Source: Candidatus Latescibacterota bacterium
GTDB lineage: Bacteria > Latescibacterota > UBA2968 > UBA8231
Length of the DNA stretch: 64,000 bases
Assembly: GCA_964291625.2 (NCBI GenBank)
Contig: OZ220089.1
Coordinates: forward strand, 3,616,001 to 3,680,000
Direction of reading: 5' to 3'
Both the position numbers and the translations under genes were made by a program. The notes under the pieces are model-generated. The model did no database searches. It was not told the origin of the DNA and worked only from the letters and a program-made list of their open reading frames with translations. This document shows, in pieces, positions 59,736 through 64,000 of this stretch (positions within the stretch are counted from its first letter, which is position 1; every line of letters starts with the position of its first letter).

Positions 59736-60965
59736 TCAATCAGAGGCTTGGCGTAGATCTTGCCTAAGCTCCCAGAAGGCTCCCTCCTCTGCAACAAGCT
59801 CAACCAGCATCTGTGCGGAACTGTAGAACCGGTCCTCTTGATCTTCGCACGTCTCTGTTCCAGCAAGAACATCAAGCATTGGCTTTCGTATGTGTAAGGG
59901 ATGATGCAGGTTCTTCTCTGATGCACCTTCGTCAATCAAGTGATTGTAGAAATCCCATCCATCGTCTAATCCTGCTACCTTTTCCTGAAGGCTTGCTACC
60001 AAGGCTCGATAGCTCCTCTTTTCTCCATATAGCTCCAGCAAGGAATAGGAGAAGCTGATGATCAAGCAGAAATCAGGTCCTTTGTCCAGATCAAGCGGCT
60101 CTGTACAGTGGTCAGTTCCATCGACTAGAATCCCTACGAACAGGCCGCCTGGACCATGGTCATTGTCCTCGTCCCACAGTAGCTCCAGGCCGATTCTACC
60201 CCAGTAATCCTCTCTTCCTCGTTGGGAGGGTACAGCCAAGCGATAATCCTCTTCTATTGGTGGAAGCCTTAGGTTTAGGTTCGGTAGACGGTCGCGTGCC
60301 CCTTGCAGTACTCCCTTGAGTTGTAGCTCTCGCCTCTCCCTCCCCTCAATCCTCCCAACTAACTCCCTGATATTCTTCGTCAGGTGTCTGGTTTGGAAGT
60401 AGTACCTTATGGAGGTATGGGATATTGGAGCTGGCGGGCCCAATCCGACGCTCCGAAGTAGTTTACTGAAATCAGTAACGAGGTCTTCGGAAGTATTGTC
60501 AGGGTGCCAGTCAGAGATTATGTCACAAACGTCACTCCAACATAGACCCAGATCCGGATCTTGCTCATGCTGTTGTCGGGTGGCAGTGATCAGGACAATA
60601 TAGTGCCGATCAAAGGCTTTGCTTGCGTACTTCCTGTAACTTCGAATTTGACCTGTGTGCAGATGTCTCCAGGTCTTATGTTCAAATACAATCGCTAGCG
60701 ACTTCCCAGAGAAGAAGCACACCATGTCAGGGTACTTGCCGTCGAAATTCTCCTGGGTCTGCCATCGGCAGTTGCTGTAGTCTCCAAGGTCCCAATTGGC
60801 GCCCTCCTCCGGGATCCGCTTGATGATTGACTGCAGAAAGACCTATGCGAAATCTGGGTATCTGTTCAGGATCCAGGAAAAACCTTCGGTGAGGTAATTC
60901 TCCAATGGATCGCGATTCTCTCTAGGAGAGTATTTTCGGAGAGCTTCAAATAGGCCAGTTTCCAT
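59736..60965 (-). pseudogene. PD-(D/E)XK nuclease-like gene with one in-frame TAG
   Basis: METGLFEAL...ENYLTEGFSWIL...PDFA*VFLQ...YPDMV...IVFEHK...QIRSY in a single frame, with TAG at 60843-60845; visibly lower GC than its neighbours. Confidence 0.75.
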
Positions 60966-61158
60966 CTGTTTTCCTGAGTGGGGGCGGCAGTGGTGATCGG
61001 TAAGCAATGTGGGAAGCGGGATGGAGGTTTCCTTGGGTAGGGAAGGTTCTTGCGTGTTCCTTCCATAATTCCCCAAGCAGGGGCGGTCTTGCCACCGCCT
61101 TCATTCGTGGACAACCGTCAGGCGATACCATCACAGCACACAATACCATTACAGCACA

Positions 61159-61965
61159 CTATGGTCCCACCAACTCCGGGTACTCCTCCCCCCGCAGCAC
61201 CTCCCCCACGCCAACCGTCTCCACGTTCCCCATCCGCTCGTTCCAGTTGTCCCCCAGGCGCCGGGTGTGGCCGGGCATGAGGTGCATGATGTAGCTGCGG
61301 CGGGGGTTGTCGGTGCTGTTGCCGTAGGAGCCGTGGAAGGTCTTGCAGTGGTGGAAGTGGCAGTGCCCGGCCGGGACCTCGCAGGGCACGGGGGTCAGGT
61401 CGGCGCCAGCGGGAATACCCTCCTGGCGCAGCAGCCAGTGGGGGTCGTCGACCACGGCGTCCTCGCGGTCGTAGCGCATCGGCCACCGGTGGCTGCCGGG
61501 GACGACGTGCATGCAGCCGTTGTCGACGGTGGCGTCGTCGAGGGCGATCCAGCAGGTGCCGAGGTCGGCGGGCCCCACGTGATCCCAGAAGGTGTAGTCC
61601 TGGTGCCAGGCCAGGGCCGTCTCCTCGTCGTGGGGAGGCTTGTAGATCATCTGGTCCTCCCACATGCGCACCGGGCCGGGCATGAGCTGGTGCGCCAGGG
61701 CGCTGATGGCCGCGTTGCCGACGAGGGAGGCGAAGAGGGGGTCGCGGCGGAAGATGTTGACCACCTTGACCGAGGGCAGCTGTCCCTTGGCGCGGGACTG
61801 CTCCACGGTCTCGCCCATCAGGTGTTTGGGGAAGGGCACGCGGGCGTGGAGGATGTCCTCGATGCGCCCCTTCAGTTCCTCGATCTGCGCATCGGAGAGC
61901 ACCCGCGGGCCGGCGAGGTAGCCCTCGGCCTTGTAGTGCTCAATCTGGGCGTCGGTGAAGGGCAT
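61159..61965 (-). CDS. Phytanoyl-CoA dioxygenase (PhyH) family protein
   Basis: WHQD, WIALDDATVDNGCMHVVPGSH, HGSYGN...RR. Confidence 0.9.
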   Translation of the reverse strand: MPFTDAQIEHYKAEGYLAGPRVLSDAQIEELKGRIEDILHARVPFPKHLMGETVEQSRAKGQLPSVKVVNIFRRDPLFASLVGNAAISALAHQLMPGPVRMWEDQMIYKPPHDEETALAWHQDYTFWDHVGPADLGTCWIALDDATVDNGCMHVVPGSHRWPMRYDREDAVVDDPHWLLRQEGIPAGADLTPVPCEVPAGHCHFHHCKTFHGSYGNSTDNPRRSYIMHLMPGHTRRLGDNWNERMGNVETVGVGEVLRGEEYPELVGP

Positions 61966-62002
61966 GGAGATCAGCTCGCGAACTCGGCTCTGACGCCAAC
62001 CC

Positions 62003-63217
62003 TCATGGGACGGCTCCGATCGCACCTTGCGCCCACAGCTCTCCAAGGCTGAAATGCTCTTGGAACCGGTCGATATCGGCCACGTTCGACGCCCTCTGGA
62101 GTCTCGTGAATCCGTCCTCTTTGTCACAGAGGATGACCTCTTGAGCCTCCAGGTGATCGAGCAGGGCTGGGGAGTGGGTAGTGACAATAACCTGGCTCCG
62201 CTCAGAGGTGGACCTCAGGATCTCCACAAGGTATCCCGCCAAGTGGGGATGCACGCCGTTCTCGGGCTCCTCGATCGTGATGAGGGAGGAGTCTTGCACG
62301 CTGCAGGTAGAGAGGACGAGCAGAGCGAGCAATCGGACGGTACCGTCTGAGACTGAAGCCGGATTGAGCGGCGCCCTGAGCTTGTCCTCCATGATCTGAA
62401 ACGCCAGCGTGTCCTCAATCGGCAGCCTTGTTGTCCTTATGTGCCTGAGTCCTGGCACAATCGCTCTCAATTCCTGGCAGATCGAAGCGCGGTCCTCCTC
62501 ACTCATCCGGTGGAGAATCGGGGCGAGCTTCTCTCCTGCGGGACCGAGGACAGGATCGGGCTCCTCCCTGTATGGTTGTCTGGCAATACTTGGGACGAAG
62601 TTGTGGAATCTCCAGCCTCGAATCTCTTCTCTGAGGATCGTAGCCGGAATAGAGAAAACCCCAACACCTACAAGAGCCAGGCGAGTTGGCTCCTGTTCAG
62701 GAACGGGGATCGTCTGACTTTCGCCGCTTCCACTGGCCGGATCGGTGACGACAACCCCCGTGCCGGCCCTCTCAAGTCCCACCGTGCTCGTCTCGCCGCA
62801 GTGCACGAACGCGGCCTTCAGGGACTCCGATTCGATGCTGGGTATCCTGTCGTCACCTCTCAAGTCCAGGACCAGTTGGTACTCCAGGGATCGTACAATG
62901 GCCAGGTCGCCCTGCCCGTCCGGATCTCCGGGCGGGGAGATTCCGAACTCCTTGTCGAGCTTCAACGACAACTGCATGGGCTTCGGCTCATGGCGCTGTC
63001 GAAGGCGCTTGTTCCTGACCTCGGCATTGCCGCCCATCTCGCTCACTGCGTAGGACACGTCATGGGTGACGGCGTTCTGCAGGAATCTCAAGGCCGAGAG
63101 CAGGTTGGTCTTTCCGGATGCGTTGGCGCCTACCACGAAGTTGAGCGGCCCCAACTCGATCGTCTCTTCCGGGGACCCAAAACTCTTGAAGCCTTCGATC
63201 TTGAGTTCAGTGATCAC
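62003..63217 (-). CDS. AAA_21/ABC-type ATPase (AbiEii/RloA-like)
   Basis: GTG start ITELKIEGFKSF; GANASGKTN; SDGT; IEEPENGVHP; VTTHS. Confidence 0.88.
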   Translation of the reverse strand: MITELKIEGFKSFGSPEETIELGPLNFVVGANASGKTNLLSALRFLQNAVTHDVSYAVSEMGGNAEVRNKRLRQRHEPKPMQLSLKLDKEFGISPPGDPDGQGDLAIVRSLEYQLVLDLRGDDRIPSIESESLKAAFVHCGETSTVGLERAGTGVVVTDPASGSGESQTIPVPEQEPTRLALVGVGVFSIPATILREEIRGWRFHNFVPSIARQPYREEPDPVLGPAGEKLAPILHRMSEEDRASICQELRAIVPGLRHIRTTRLPIEDTLAFQIMEDKLRAPLNPASVSDGTVRLLALLVLSTCSVQDSSLITIEEPENGVHPHLAGYLVEILRSTSERSQVIVTTHSPALLDHLEAQEVILCDKEDGFTRLQRASNVADIDRFQEHFSLGELWAQGAIGAVP

Positions 63218-63239
63218 CGGTCTTGTCCCTTCACCGGCA

Positions 63240-64000
63240 TCACAGAAACGGCCAGCTCTTGTCCGGGTCATACCCCGGCAACAGCGTATCATGCCGCTGT
63301 CCCGCCACCAGCCGGTCCCCCTCCACGCAGCCCTCCGGCCGCCCCCGCAGCACGTCCACCAGCCGCTCCCGCCACGGAGCCAGTCGCGCCTCGGCGCCCT
63401 CGTCGAGGGCGAGGTCGTGCAGCTCCCGGGGATCGGCGTCGAGGTCGAAGAGGTGCTCGCGCCCGGTCTGGGAATACCAGATGTACTTGTGGCTCCCGTC
63501 CACCAGGAAGTGGTTGCCGTCGTCGTAGGCGTAGCAGCCGGAGTGCTCGCCGTGGAGGACCTCCCGCACGCCGCCGGTCTCGCCGCGCAGCACAGGGAGC
63601 AGGCTGCGGCCGGTGCACGACTCCGGCACCTCCACCCCCGCGGCGTCGAGCAGGGTGGGCATGACGTCCTGCAGTCCCACCGGCGCCGTGGGCTGGAGTC
63701 CGCCCTCCAGCTTCCAACTGCCGGGGGCCCGCACCAGGAAGGGGATGCGCGCCGAGGACTCGTAGGGCCAGGTCTTCCGGAAGAGGTGGTGGTCGCCCAG
63801 CATCTCGCCGTGGTCGGAGGTGAACACGATCAGGGTGTCGCGCAGCACCCCGCCGGAGTGCTGGAAGAGGCGGCCGAGCTGGTCGTCGATGAAGTTGATC
63901 ATGCCGTAGTAGGCGGCCCGGGCGCAGCGCATCTGGTCCTCGTCGAGATGGATGCGCGAGGCGTCGGTGCTCAGTCCCCGCCGGGGTCCGCCCAGGTCGT
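63240..64000 (-). CDS. Sulfatase family protein (3' part; start outside the window)
   Basis: YYGMINFIDDQLG...FTSDHGEMLGDH...K..PYE.SARIPF...DVMPTLL...LFDLDADPREL. Confidence 0.88.
   Translation of the reverse strand, partial: DLGGPRRGLSTDASRIHLDEDQMRCARAAYYGMINFIDDQLGRLFQHSGGVLRDTLIVFTSDHGEMLGDHHLFRKTWPYESSARIPFLVRAPGSWKLEGGLQPTAPVGLQDVMPTLLDAAGVEVPESCTGRSLLPVLRGETGGVREVLHGEHSGCYAYDDGNHFLVDGSHKYIWYSQTGREHLFDLDADPRELHDLALDEGAEARLAPWRERLVDVLRGRPEGCVEGDRLVAGQRHDTLLPGYDPDKSWPFL

Noticed and set aside
45370-60845. Several in-frame TAG codons (IS256 relic, IS481 relic, nuclease) as a sign of amber recoding
   Set aside because: TAG is the normal stop of intact genes here (3398, 29421, 42711, 56640), and two of the cases are in decayed IS sequence.

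Overview
High-GC bacterial DNA with two halves. Positions 1-43.6 kb are an island of large secreted modular proteins: zinc metallopeptidase domains combined with LRR, WD40, YWTD, cadherin-like/FN3 and Big-1 repeats, plus EF-hand/dockerin-like and FlgD-Ig (T9SS-CTD-like) modules. This profile suggests a host-associated (e.g. sponge) Latescibacterota/Gemmatimonadota-type organism, which is inference only. Positions 43.6-64 kb hold nucleases, IS debris and ordinary metabolic and regulatory genes. Two structures stand out. (1) An array at 6.5-23.9 kb of repeated units, each a small secreted YLPLAVGNSWTY...SWGxxK gene translationally coupled to an M6-like metalloprotease with a divergent N-terminal part. 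Only the last unit carries the full stalk (2354 aa once a fresh ISKra4-type IS with an 8-bp target duplication is removed). The upstream unit shares about 1.55 kb of near-identical stalk DNA with it, like an inverted polymorphic-toxin cassette locus. (2) A divergent promoter module present four times, with tandem ACACAA-n4-CACA boxes placed exactly 25 bp before a -10-like hexamer. In three copies it sits head-to-head with an all-in-one GAF-PAS-kinase-receiver-OmpR wHTH gene (one intact, two decayed). No rRNA, tRNA, CRISPR array or reverse transcriptase was seen. Domain names come from motif recognition by eye, not from database searches.
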